From NCBI RefSeq assembly GCF_006345805.1, contig NW_021832807.1:1-32619 (forward strand): DNA of 32,619 bases, given 5' to 3'. The number at the start of each line of letters is the position of its first letter. Positions within the stretch are counted from its first letter, which is position 1. Below are positions 10,425-22,199 of the stretch, piece after piece. Below the pieces are notes generated by a model that made no database searches, was not told the origin of the DNA, and saw only the letters and a program-made list of their open reading frames with translations. Both the position numbers and the translations under genes were made by a program. Origin of the DNA: Octopus sinensis (lineage: Eukaryota).

Positions 10425-10558
10425 GATGGGTTTTCACACAGTTACTATCATCCGAATTCACTTACAGAGAATAGAAGATGCATGATACAATACGTATTTT
10501 CGGCACTGAATCCGAAACCACCTGGTTCCAAAAGCGTTGTCTTAACCACACAGTCATA
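10421..10558 (-). mobile_element. SINE family A, heavily degraded 5' module
   Basis: ACGATGGGTTTT...ACTGAATCCGAAACCA...CTTAACCACACAGTC. Confidence 0.55.
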
Positions 10559-10637
10559 CACTCATAATAATACACTTAAATATATATATATATATATGCA
10601 TAAAACATACGCGCGCACACACACACGTACACACAGG

Positions 10638-10669
<32 letters not shown>

Positions 10670-10736
10670 ATATATAAATGTATATATATATATATATATT
10701 ATATATATACTTTATTTTAAGCAGCAGAAAATTCAA

Positions 10737-10786
10737 CAAAATCTGTTACTCTGAGTTTCTCGTTGCCGTTCATCAGACAGTTTTTG
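10737..10786 (-). ncRNA. Type I hammerhead ribozyme in the 3' pseudo-LTR
   Basis: Minus strand: CAAAAACUGU CUGAUGA ACG-GCAA-CGA GAAA CUCAGAGU A ACAGAUUUUG. Stem I 9/10 bp, GNRA-capped stem II, palindromic stem III, GUA cleavage triplet. Confidence 0.8.
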
Positions 10787-11750
10787 CTAGAATGGAACTT
10801 ATATATTAATTCAATCTATACTCTTACAAACGCTACACCTTTAAAAAGAAATGGACTTGTTTGATTGGCCCTTTAGAAAAAACGGTCAATCTTCGAGCGA
10901 TAAACAAAAAGGTCAAAAAATATATGTATATATATATAAAAAAACTTATAAAAATTATAAAAATTATAAAATCCGAAGAAAAAACCGAGGAAAAAACCTA
11001 TTGCCGTTAATGAAGACAGTACAAATTAATGCATAGAAATTAAACCTGTTATAAATACTGCAATACATATTTATATTAAAATCCACATATATATATCAAC
11101 ATACACAAAAGGATGCGCGTAAACGCCATACATACATATACAGACGTATGAATATGAATCTAAATTATACACATAAAAGCATGTGTACATATATTCACGC
11201 AAACCGTCTCGCACGCAAGCTAAAATTCATCTATGTAGCAATTCTCATATACTGAGCAAGGAGGGGGAACGAAAGAAAGGAAAGAGAGAAAAAGGAACGA
11301 AGGAGGGGGGGAAAAAACTTGTAGCGATGTTATTGGCATCTATAGAGGCCAGTATACATACACAAGTTTGAATTGATACATATACATACCGTCGTGTGTA
11401 TGCGTGCTTAAGCACAGCATACTTTCACTTACACATACACAGATACGCATGCTTACAAATACATATGCTTTGCTATACACATACTTATATAAACATTCTA
11501 ATTTTGACAACATTGCTTTTTTTAAAAAAAAAACATTGCTTTTAAAAAATGGGTGCATTAATAAAAATATATACGAAAGACATATAAAATAAAATATAAC
11601 ATCCTATTTTGGGTCATTTATAAATAATCAAGGTAATATAAATAATCAAGGTAATCCTATGCAATACAATAACATGAAAACAAAGTTTGTAGGTTTTTCC
11701 TAATATATATGTAGAAACAATAAGACTTTGCTATAGATCCGTCGTAGCGC

Positions 11751-13904
11751 TCAAGAGTCAAAATCAAAATCAAAAATCAAAATACAAAATATATACTCTA
11801 TCCATATGGTATATTTATATTCGACATTTTAAATTTAGCCGCGTGCCTACATAAGTTCATTAACTCACTTCTTTGAATAAGATGTGCATTTTCTCTAATA
11901 AGCAAAGCCTGCACTTGAAATTATATTTGTAAGCTCCATGCCTGTATGGTGCCGCCCTGTCCAGAATGCTCCATGTCACGTTGAAGGGTGGGGCTTCCTT
12001 TTCTTTTAGTTCCCAGACATATTTTGCTAGGCTGGTTTTCTTCCTATTCTCTGGGTATTTAAAAGAATTCTTATGAGAATAAAATCTTGTTTTAAATGAA
12101 TTTTCTGAAGCCCTGTGTATGTCTTGTATTCCGATGAGCCTTCCACTTGCACCTTGGCTCTATAAACTACTCCTTTCACTAGACATTTCCCTTCTAACGG
12201 ACAGGAGCTTTCGTTTTTGAAATTACATTTCTTAATGGGCTCGGCACCATGTCTAATCTCAATTAGCTTCCTATTATGTTGGCTAATGTAAGAGGCGAAA
12301 TTTCTGCAACAAGAATAGCTAACCTTCAGGGTTCTTCTATTAAATATTCTGTAGAATTTATAACCCTGCTTAAAATGCTTAGAGACTAATCTCAAAAATT
12401 CCTTACCTATTAGTCTTTACGGCCAAATTGAAAGCCGGGTTGAACCACAAAACTTTCCTGGTCCTAGTTCTTCGTGCAGCATTATTATTAGCATTAAGCT
12501 GGTTGAACTGGATCTTCTCCGAGAATCCACTATTCTTTAATGCGCTATCGTAATAAGGTGCAGCATTATGGAATGCTGCCTCGTCCGAAGAAATTGAAGA
12601 TATTCTTCTACCTACATTGCTGACTAAGTTGCTAAGGATAACTGGTGGATGGTTCGAATCTTTGCTAATATACGATAGCTTTTCATTGGGCTTACGGAAA
12701 GGTTTAAATCTATCCGATCTTACATTAAAATTTACGTCTAAAAAATCTACACTATTCAGGTTAGTATCTATCGTAATCCGTAAACCCATCCTTTGAAAGC
12801 AAGCTATAAGGTCCTTCCTAAGTCTATCTGATTCATGGCCGTTTAGATTATGCGTGGCTATAAGGCCGTCATCCCTATATAGACCTGCATCTATAAATGG
12901 GAATTCTATTTTTAGATTATGGAGAATAAAGGCTCCTATGAGCATACATAATTCAGCCCCGTCGTATGCCCCCATCGGTACATCGAAAAGAGAATCCTCA
13001 GTCTTCTTAATCCAGGTGGAATCCTCGAAAAACAGAAGCGATTTCCTCGCATGCATAATAATTTCATTTCCGAGCTATCGATGTTGACATACTGCTTGGC
13101 GAAGTCCAATGCCCTTAGGAGCAACGTCCTAGATATCGACGGGTAAAAGTCAATAATGTCGAATTGTGTGAAACTACAATTATTCTTATAGCTAATACCT
13201 TTAAACCACTCTATAACTGACTTACTATCCTTCCAAATTCTCAAGTCTACTTCACTATCTAACTTAACTAAAATACGGTCCAAAATATTTTTGCTAATAA
13301 TTCCTATCTCAGTTTTAGCCGGATTTATCAATCTACATTTGGGGTTTCTACTAAATTGTCTTTATGGTCTTTCAGAGTAATAAAAGCTGGTCGTGGTGAA
13401 AGGTATTCAATCCTATCGCTAATCTTAAGATCGTTAGCTATTCCTCTTGCTTCTAAGTTCACCTCTTTGTATATATTCGTGTTGTCTTTTTTGTATGTGT
13501 CCGTGACACTATTCGAAATCAGGCGTTATAAACGTCCTTATCAAGTGCATATAAGTTCCTTGTCTTGTCAGAATTAACGAAGATCTTATTCGAGTCGTTA
13601 ATCTCCTTAATTTTTTCTCTCATGTTTTTTTGCAATTGGTTGGTAAATTTGCGGAATTTAATTTTCCTAATAAGCTCGAAAAGGTCTTTCTCGAAGGCTT
13701 CTAATTCCGGAATCGGTGGCGGGTTTCTGGGAGATTTAAATCCATATTTGTTACCTTCTATTTTCTGTTTATTATCAAAGAAGAAGGCTTTCCATCTCAG
13801 TCTTTAATAAACTCTTCCGTTTTCTCTATAAGACCTTTGATATATTGTTTCCGTGCAGGGATAGGTATATTTTTCTGAGAAAAATCCAGCGGGTAAAGTT
13901 CCAT
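11751..13904 (-). pseudogene. Penelope RT-GIY-YIG polyprotein, frameshifted
   Basis: Starts MELYPLDFSQKNIPIP. Contains RLINPAKTEIG, QFDIIDFYPSI, DVPMGAYDGAELC, GLYRDDGL (RT motifs), WFNP, CPLEGKCL...VVYRAKV...YTGL (GIY-YIG) and CRLCLLEK. At least five frameshifts; the stop position is approximate. Confidence 0.93.
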
Positions 13905-14070
13905 CTTTTTCAGCTGTTTGTTCTTCCTACTTGTGCAGAGTCGCTCAAACTTTTACAAGGAGCGGGTTTAGACCGGAGTAAACACATAAATGTGAAACAA
14001 GGTGGAAAAAAGAGTACTCAAATACCAGTGGTAGAGTAATATGCTTTATTTTAAGCAGCAGAAAATTCAA

Positions 14071-14121
14071 CAAAATCTGTTACTCTGAGTTCTCTCGTTG
14101 CCGTTCATCAGACAGTTTTTG
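14071..14121 (-). ncRNA. Hammerhead ribozyme in the 5' pseudo-LTR, core disrupted
   Basis: Same as 10737-10786 except a 1-nt insertion turns GAAAC into GAGAAC. Confidence 0.7.
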
Positions 14122-14984
14122 CTAGAATGGAACTTATATATTAATTCAATCTATACAACGCTACACCTTTAAAAGAAATGGACTTGTTTGATTGGCCCTT
14201 TAGAAAAAACGGTCAATCTTCGAGCGATAAACAAAAATGGTCAAAAATATATGTATATATATAAAAAAAACTTATAAAAATTATAAAAATTATAAAATCC
14301 GAAGAAAAAAACCGAGGAGAAAACCTATTGCCGTTAATGAAGACAGTACAAATTAATGCATAGAAATTAAACCTGTTATAAATACTGCAATACATATATA
14401 TTAAAATCCACATATATATATCAACATACACAAAAGGATGCGCGTAAACGCCATACATACATATACAGACGTATGAATATGAATCTAAATTATACACATA
14501 AAAGCATGTGTACATATATTCACGCAAACCGTCTCGCACGCAAGCTAAAATTCATCTATGTAGCAATTCTCATATACTGAGCAAGGAGGGGGAACGAAAG
14601 AAAGGGAAAGAGAGAAAAAGGAACGAAGGAGGGGTGGGGAAAACTTGTAGCGATGTTATTGGCATCTATAGAGGCCAGTATACATACACAAGTTTGAATT
14701 GATACATATACATACCGTCGTGTGTATGCGTGCTTAAGCATATATATATATAAATGTATATATATATATATATATATATGCATATATACATATATGTACA
14801 TACTTACATATATATCTATACACATATGCATATATGGGTGCAAAAAAAGTTCGTAATCCATGTTTTCGTATTTCCTATTACATACATAAATTCATGCATT
14901 CATACATACACATATCCAATCATCCATTCATCCATCCATCCGGCCACCTGTTCATACATACATACATACATACGTGCATAAACA

Positions 14985-15130
14985 CGGTCAGAATACCTCA
15001 CAATAGTAGTTCCGAGTCTCTGCGCTCTAAGTTCAAATCCTATTAACGTCACCTTTGCCTTTTCTCCTTTCGGAATAGAATACTTTGTGTTTGCTCTGGT
15101 TCTTTACATTCTGAGTTCAAATCCCGTTGC
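14985..15130 (+). mobile_element. SINE family B degraded fragments
   Basis: GTTCAAATCC...ACCTTTGCCTTTTCTCCTTTCGG and a second TTCTGAGTTCAAATCCCG. Confidence 0.55.
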
Positions 15131-15339
15131 GTCTACTTGAGTGATAATCTTAATCTGTCATTAGATTTAAACGCAATTTTATAGTTTGGGTGTCTGCCTT
15201 TAGAAAGACCCCTCTTTTGTAAGGGTTCGAGGCATATCCCCGGTTTAAAGATCTTTCCAATTATTCTACTCTCTTTCCCACCAATCTCAAAAGCCTTGTA
15301 AAGGGTCTATCGGTGTTGACGTCCTTCCAGACTACAGGA

Positions 15340-15720
15340 TTGGGCAAGGATCTTCTGCTATAGCCTCTAACCGACCAAAGCCTTGTATGTATGTATGTAT
15401 GTATGTATGTATGTATGTATGTATGTATGTATGTATGTATGTATGTATGTATGTATGCGTGCGTGTGTGTGTGTGGTGTGTGTGTGTGTGTGTGCGTGTC
15501 ATAGTGTCTGAGTTGTTTTTGTGCACCACCACCACTTGACAACCGGTGTCGGTGTGTTTACACCCCCGTAACTTAGTGGTTCGGCAAAAGAAAACCGATA
15601 GAATAAGTACCAGACTAAAAAAAAAAAGTACTGAGTTTATTCATTCGACTAAAAGCTTTGAAGGCAGTGCCGTAGCATGGCCGCAGTCTATTGGCTGAAA
15701 CAAGTAAAAGATAAAAGATA
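15340..15720 (+). mobile_element. SINE family A, 5'-truncated, with central (TATG)n
   Basis: TTGGGCAAG...CCGACCAAAGCCTTG, microsatellite, 3' module and (AAAAGAT)n tail. Confidence 0.85.
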
Positions 15721-15729
15721 TTTATCATA

Positions 15730-16150
15730 GGCACAGGAGTTGCTGTGTGGTAAGTAGCTTGCTTACCAACCACATGGTTCCGGGTTCAGTTCCACTGCGT
15801 GGCACCTTGGGCAAGTGTCTTCTACGATAGCCTCGGGCCGACCAAAGCCTAGTGAGTGGATTTGGTTGACGGAAACTGAAAGAAGCCCGTCGTATATGTG
15901 TGTATATATATATGTATGTGTGTGTGTATATGTTTGTGTGTCTGTGTTTGTTCCCCCAACATCGCTTGACAACCGATGCTGGTGTGATTGCATCCCCGTA
16001 ACTTAGCGGTTCTGCAAAAGAGACCGATAGAATAAGTACTAGGCTTACAAAGAATAAGTCCTGGGGTCGGTTTGCTCAACTAAAGGCGGTGCTCCAGCAT
16101 GGTCGCAGTCAAATGACTGAAACAAGTAAAAGAGTAAAAGAGCAAAAGAG
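15730..16150 (+). mobile_element. SINE family A, full length
   Basis: Head GGCACAGGAGTTGCTGTGTGG, B box GGTTCAGTTCC, central microsatellite, 3' module, (AAAAGAG)n tail. Confidence 0.95.
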
Positions 16151-16179
16151 CTATCAGCAACGGAAGCAGCCTTTGTAAC

Positions 16180-16975
16180 GAATATTAATTCGAACTACCA
16201 ACTTAACTCGGATGAGTTGTTTTAAACGCCGTAAACTGCGGCGATCATCCTGAGAAATCATCTCATTGACTTTAAGTGCTAGAAACATACAGATTATATC
16301 GGCAGACGAAATTTCGTCGGCATTGACGGATGGGAATGTTGTTGTATTTATGTGATTCTGGCGTAATATGCTGTTCCTCGGCTGCAGGCAGACGACCACC
16401 AAGTGTAAGACCGAAATTCCGTTCAACTGATATATATTTCTTTACTATCCACAAGGGGCTAAACAGAGAGAGGACAAACAAGGTCAGACAAATGGATTAA
16501 GTCGATTACATCGACTCCAGTGCGTAACTGGTACTTAATTTATCGACCCTGAAAGGATGAAAGGCAAAGTCGACCTCGGCGGAATTTGAACTCGGAACGT
16601 AACGGCAGACGAAATACGGCTACGCATTTCGCCCGGCGTGCTAACGTTTCTGCCAGTTCGCGGCCTTATTTCGTTCAACTGATATAGTTTAAGACATACT
16701 AAGCAATCAGTGATGTCGCAAAAAGCTGATGGTCTGTGTATAAATTGGCTATTAGCGACAAAAGCAGCTCGTGGCCCGGTGTCTGTTGCCGAGAAAGCGT
16801 AGATTACGCCTAAATCACGTCATACAACAGTCCCATTGGCTGGTGCTGACGAAAATTCGTCTGCCGATATGATTTGTGCTTTTAATTAACGTCTATAAGC
16901 CACACTGCAGCTTATGGTGGTTAAAACAACAAACAAATCATCCAATTTAATTTGGATGTGCAAATTAATTTACAT
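16180..16975. mobile_element. Old foldback/MITE-like element with ~220-bp arms, interrupted by a SINE
   Basis: 16183-16400 pairs with 16770-16972, e.g. TATCGGCAGACGAAATTTCGTCGGCA / TGCTGACGAAAATTCGTCTGCCGATA. Confidence 0.75.
16435..16671 (-). mobile_element. SINE family B, full length with 15-bp TSD
   Basis: TSD CGTTCAACTGATATA at 16420-16434 and 16672-16686. Confidence 0.95.
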
Positions 16976-16978
16976 ATA

Positions 16979-17396
16979 GGCGTAGGAGTGGCTGTGTGGT
17001 AAGTAGCTTGCTTACCAACCACATGGTTCCGTGTTCAGTCCCACTGCGTGACACTTGGGCAAGTGTCTTCTGCTATAGCCTCGGGCCGACCAAAGCCTTG
17101 TGAATGGATTTGGTAGACGGAAACAGAAAGAAGCCCGTCGTATATATATATATATATATTATATATATATGTACGTGTGTGTATATGTTTGTGTGCCTGT
17201 ATTTGCCTCCCCCCCACCAACATCGCTTGACAACCGATGCTGGTGTGTTTACGTCTCCGTTATCTAGCGGTTCGGCAAAAGGGACCGATAGAATAAGTAC
17301 TAGGCTTACAAAGAATTAGTCCTCGCGTCGATATGCTCGACCAAAGGCGGTGCTCCAGCATGGCCACAGTCAAACGACTGAAACAAGTAAAAGAGT
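16979..17396 (+). mobile_element. SINE family A, full length
   Basis: Head GGCGTAGGAGTGGCTGTGTGG through tail AAACAAGTAAAAGAG. Confidence 0.95.
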
Positions 17397-17413
17397 ATAT
17401 ATTTATATCTCAT

Positions 17414-17444
<31 letters not shown>

Positions 17445-17446
<2 letters not shown>

Positions 17447-17568
17447 CGACGAGCTTCTTCCAGTTTCCGTCTACCAAATCCACTCACAAGGCTTTGGTCG
17501 GCTTGAGGTTATAGTAGAAGACACTTGCGAAAGGTGCCACGCAGAGGAACTGAACCCGCAACCCATGT
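17445..17568 (-). mobile_element. SINE family A, 5' module fragment
   Basis: Reverse complement of ~17040-17145. Confidence 0.85.
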
Positions 17569-18225
17569 GCCTATCATATTTGCAAAACTTTGATTAATCA
17601 ATCCGAAACCACGACGAAGACGCCCGCCCGATGTGTTATACAGTAGAGAAGCGAAGCGAACTCGTCAACACTTGGTCAGTAGCTGCAAAGCTGAACGAAT
17701 CTCTTAAACCACACCACTATACTGCCTATTGTTAGCGACCAGTAAATAGTAATCATAAAGAGTCTATAAACTTCAACACTTCATGTACCTAAGCTTGTTA
17801 TGTAGGTAGGCTGTTCATTTATTTGAATTAATATAAGCTCCTTTATTTCCATACTGCTTTTTGTTGTTCGTTTATTTATTTATTCGTCATTTTGTATGGC
17901 GAAAACTGAATAGAAATTGATATGGAATATGCTACACAAACTCACAAAAATAAATAAAGAAAATATTCCATAAATCAACGACATTTCTGAACGGACAGGA
18001 AATAAATGCAAAAACAGTTGAAATGTGAGAATGACAAGTCAAATCACTCATCGCCAAGACAGCGCCTCCATATGAATTTTGCCGGAAACGTTGGTTAAGC
18101 CACGCCTTCGTCACTTAACATTTTCTTTGCTTTCTTTTTTTTATTTCACTCTTCTCCGTTCTCTCTCTCCCTCTATATATCTATCTCTATTTACTTTCGG
18201 TCTATAGATAACTCGATTTCCTTCT

Positions 18226-18227
<2 letters not shown>

Positions 18228-18283
<56 letters not shown>

Positions 18284-18373
18284 GTCTGTTTATCTATCTA
18301 CCTGTCTGTCTATCTATCTATCTATCTATCTATCTACCTGTCTGTCTGTCTATCTATCTACCTTTCTTTCTGG

Positions 18374-18456
<83 letters not shown>

Positions 18457-18480
18457 CCTGTCTGCCTGCCTGCCTGTCTA
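18228..18480. repeat. (CTAT)n/(CTGT)n microsatellite
   Basis: Read directly. Confidence 0.95.
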
Positions 18481-18559
18481 ATCTCCGTTTATATATAACT
18501 CTCCATCTTTCTCTCTCCCTTTCTCGGACTTTGTCTACTCTCAATATTTAACTTTCTCT

Positions 18560-19340
18560 CTCATACTCTTTCACAGTGTCTTTCTCTCTCCCTGTCTCTC
18601 TCTCTCTTTGTTTCCATGTTTGCCTCTCTCTCCACGTTTCACTCTCTCTCGCTGTCTCTCTCCATCCCTCTCTCTCTCGTTGTGTGTGTGTCTCTCTCTC
18701 TCTCGCTGTGTCTCTCTCCCTCTCTCTCTCGCTGTGTGTCTGTCTCTCTCTCTCGCTGTCTCTCTCCCTCCCTCTCTCTCTCGCTGTGTCTCTCTCCCTC
18801 TTTCTCGCTGTGTCTCTCTCCCTCTCTCTCTCGTTGTGTGTGTGTGTCTCTCCTCCTCTCTCTCTGTGTCTCTCTCCCTCTCTCTCTCTCTCGCTGTGTC
18901 TCTCTCCCTCTCTCTCGCTGTGTCTCTCTCTCCCTCTCTCTCTATATGTCTCTCTCCCTCTCTCTCGCTGTCTCTCTCCCTCCCTCTCTCTCTCGCTGTG
19001 TCTCTCTCCCTCTCTGTCACTGTCTCTCTCTCTCTCTCTCCGCTGTCTCTCTCTCTCCCTCTCTTTCGCCATGTCTCTCTCCCTCTTTCTCGCTGTGTCT
19101 CTCTCCCTCTCTCTCTCGTTGTGTGTGTGTCTCTCCCTCTCTCTCGCTGTGTTCTCTCTCCCTCCCTCTCGCTGTGTCTCTCTCCCTGTGTCTCTCTCCC
19201 TCTCTCTCGCCATGTCTCTCTCGCTCTCTCTCTTTCTTTCTCTCTTTCCCTCTCTCTCGCTGTGTCTCTCTCCCTCTCTCTCACTGTGTCTTTCTCTTCC
19301 GCGTGTGTGCGTCTCTCTCTTTCTCTCTCTCTCTCTGTCT
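18560..19340. repeat. CT-rich complex minisatellite (CTCTCTCGCTGTGTCTCTCTCC-like unit)
   Basis: Recurring (CT)n-CGCTGTGT-(CT)n-CC units; explains the long SL- and RE-rich ORFs. Confidence 0.9.
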
Positions 19341-20136
19341 CTTTGCTTCATTTCTTCCATTATTTTTTTCTTTTGCTTATTTTCTTCTGTCTTGTTTCTT
19401 CCCTTCAGTCAATCATCTTACCATTTCCCCCTCCTTTTCTTCATCTCTCTATCGCTTTCTCTTTTGCTTCTTGTCACAAATGCCCACCCCACCTCCTCTC
19501 ACTCGCTCTCCTTGTCTCCCTCCTTCTCTCTCTCCCCTCTCGCTCTCCTTTGTTCAACACTCTATCCTTTAGAAAAAGCACCAACAGCTAACTACCAGTA
19601 AATATTAGTTGTACGACGCCGGTAGCAATCACTGACAAGAAGGTTATTGTTGCTAATTTTAATTTAATCCCTCACAACCATTCCACGCACTTCACTGGAG
19701 AAAAAGCTCAAGCCAATTTTAAGGAAGCCTTTTCGGTTTTGATCGCCTTCACTTGAGCTCTGCCAAATGGCCAAACTTCTGACATATTTAAACAGATACA
19801 GTTGAAACGAAATTAATTAGTTATTCTTTGTAAGGTTTCGCCTCTTTTGCAGGAATATTTCAAGCAAGTAGCATTAAACATTGTCGATATATAACGTCAA
19901 AAACTACTGGCTGAAAATAAAAGAGGGACAGTGGTAAAAATATTGGAAGAAGGTGATATAGAGAGGCAAAAAAGGGGTAGAAAAGAAAGAGGGTAAGCCA
20001 AGCGAACGTAAATGGATTAGTTTCAATGACAAATAATGTTTACAAGCTTTTATCAAATATTTCTTCTCCGTTTCTTAGCTGAATCACATTGGAATATTTC
20101 TGTTTAGAGAGCTAACTTTATTTTATACGCTGACAT

Positions 20137-20571
20137 GGATCTTTTCGGTTTGAACGGCAGTTTTTTGAAAATAATTTCCACGTAACTAAACACTTTTAAA
20201 CTTCGTATACTGGTAGAATGTGTTTATAGAACATATTTTTCTCTTGGCTTTATTAAGAAAATTCTATACTTTGTAAGATATTTGTTGTTGTTTTTTCTTC
20301 AATTTCTGCAATTTCAACCAATCAATGACGTCTATTGAGGTGAAAACATTCTGTGCCGTATGAATATGTCGCTTGTTTAAGAAACAGATTGGGTTTATTT
20401 ACATTTGTGAAGAAAAAAAGATACCCTTCCCCCCACCCCTAACCCTAACCCTAACTAACCCTAACCCTAAAACAGATTGAAATGCAATAGATCGATACTA
20501 GGGTCATAATTATGGGTGACAATTTCATATGACACCGCTAGAAAAAACTGCCGTTCAAACCGAAAAGATCC
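20137..20571 (-). mobile_element. MITE with ~29-bp TIRs carrying telomeric repeats, copy 2
   Basis: GGATCTTTTCGGTTTGAACGGCAGTTTTT ... AAAAACTGCCGTTCAAACCGAAAAGATCC. Flanks CGCTGACAT / CGCTATCAT (7/9, possible 9-bp TSD). About 5 CCCTAA units at 20438-20470. Confidence 0.92.
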
Positions 20572-20592
20572 CGCTATCATTTTATGCCTCTA

Positions 20593-20976
20593 CTAGCAGT
20601 ATCGCCCGGCGTTGCTCAGGTTTGTAAGGGAAATAACTATAAAGCATTTTTAGAGAGTTATAGCCAAAAAATAGCAAAAAAAATGGAAAAAAATGATGGT
20701 AAATTTTTTTCAGAGTAAAAAAAGGTGGAGTTGCGTCCCCTAGACAGTTTGCGGTTTGTGTTTCTGATTCTCGACCCCATGTCGAATTTATCGATTTTTT
20801 TCAGAACTGGGGGAACTTTTCAAAATTTTCGCTGCGTTAGTTTTGAATTATGACATTGGGCTATGTGTGTGTCAAGTTTCATCAGAATCGGTTGAAAGCC
20901 GTGGTCAGGGTGAGGGTACAAGCAAACAGACACACAGAAACACACACAGACAAACTGCCGTTTATATATAGAGAGA
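20593..20976 (-). mobile_element. Non-autonomous Helitron
   Basis: Minus strand starts TC, ends GCAACGCCGGGCGATACTG-CTAG with a GC-rich stem-loop, inserted between A and T with no TSD. Confidence 0.85.
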
Positions 20977-21083
20977 TAACCTGGTTGTTCTATACAGAAC
21001 TGTCTTACTACTTCTTAACTCCAGTAAAACGTCTTTTCCAGCTGGTTAATGACATACGACCTGTACCCTCCAGCTTGACAAAA

Positions 21084-21128
21084 CCAGTAGACCATGATTT
21101 CTGGGTCTTTACCCGTCATCAGTACTGG
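21084..21128 (-). ncRNA. Free-standing type I hammerhead ribozyme
   Basis: Minus strand: CCAGUA CUGAUGA C-GGGU-AAAG-ACCC-A GAAA UCAUGGU C UACUGG. Perfect 6-bp stem I, 4-bp stem II, near-palindromic stem III, GUC triplet. Confidence 0.85.
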
Positions 21129-21214
21129 ACACCTGCTTGCTAGAAATGGCAGTCAATAGTTCCTATATCTCGTTTAGAGATTTGAGAATGGCTTCTTTGC
21201 TCATAACTTTATTT

Positions 21215-21530
21215 TATCTTTTCTCCTTTACCGTTTCAGTCACTGGACTGCGGCCATGCTGTAGCCACCGCTTTGAAGGGTTTGATTGAAAAAAAAATCG
21301 ATCCCAGCATTTATTATTCACTTAAAGTCTGAGACTTATTCTATCGGTCTCTTATACCGAAACGTTAAATTTAGAGGTCATAAACAAACCAACACCAGTT
21401 GTCAGAAAGCATTGGTCGGCCCGGAGATATAGCAGAAAATGCTTGCCCAAAGTGCTGCGCAGAGGGATTGAACCCGTGGTTGCAAAATGAGCTTCTTAAA
21501 CACACAGCTAAATATTTAGCTTCATATCTT
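21215..21530 (-). mobile_element. SINE family A, degraded
   Basis: Both modules are recognisable, with the central part deleted. Confidence 0.7.
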
Positions 21531-21583
21531 TTTGCAACAATTCAAATACAACTCCCCACCCGACCACGATGTATTCTTATATT

Positions 21584-21766
21584 CTTTTACTTGTTTCACT
21601 CATTTGACTGCGGCCATGCTGGAGCACCGCCTTTAGTCAAACAACTCGACCCCCAGGACTTATTCCATCCATTTCTTTTGCCGAATCGCTAAATTACGGG
21701 GACGTGAACACACCAACATCGGAAGTCAAGCGATAGTGGGGGGGGGGGACAAACACAGACACGCAA

Positions 21767-21800
<34 letters not shown>

Positions 21801-21972
21801 ATATATATACGACGGGCTTCTTTCAGTTTCCGTCTACCAAATCTATTCACAAGGCTTTGGTCGGCCCGAGGCTATAGTAGAAGACAATTGGCCAAGGTGC
21901 CACGCAGTGGGACTGAACTCGGAACCATGTGGTTGGTAAGCAAGCTTCTTAATACACAGCCACTCCTGCGCC
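21584..21972 (-). mobile_element. SINE family A, full length
   Basis: Complete reverse complement, ending CACAGCCACTCCTGCGCC. Confidence 0.93.
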
Positions 21973-22004
21973 TCTTACCTGTTTACTTTTACAAATGACT
22001 ATCT

Positions 22005-22154
22005 CTGACTGTGTGGTAAGAAGCTTGCTTCCGAACCACATAGTTCCGGGTTCAGTCTCACTGCATGCTACCTTGGGCAAGTATCTTCTACCATAACCTC
22101 GGGACGACCAAAGCTTGTGAGTGGATTTGGTTGACAGAAACTGAAAGCCCGTCG

Positions 22155-22199
<45 letters not shown>

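Larger units (their letters stand above)
10710..14740 (-). mobile_element. Penelope-like retroelement with ~700-bp direct pseudo-LTRs
   Basis: Direct repeats at 10710-11414 and 14044-14740 flank an RT + GIY-YIG coding region. Both outer ends abut (TA)n. Confidence 0.95.

Noticed and set aside
18548-19601. Long ORFs of 237-341 aa (RE-rich and SL-rich)
   Set aside because: They are translations of a CT minisatellite that lacks stops in several frames at once.
19840-20000. TTTTGCAG acceptor and peptide QKLLAENKRGTVVKILEEG (possible exon or Tc1 N-terminus)
   Set aside because: Stops occur in all frames soon after the acceptor, and the similarity is too weak to call.
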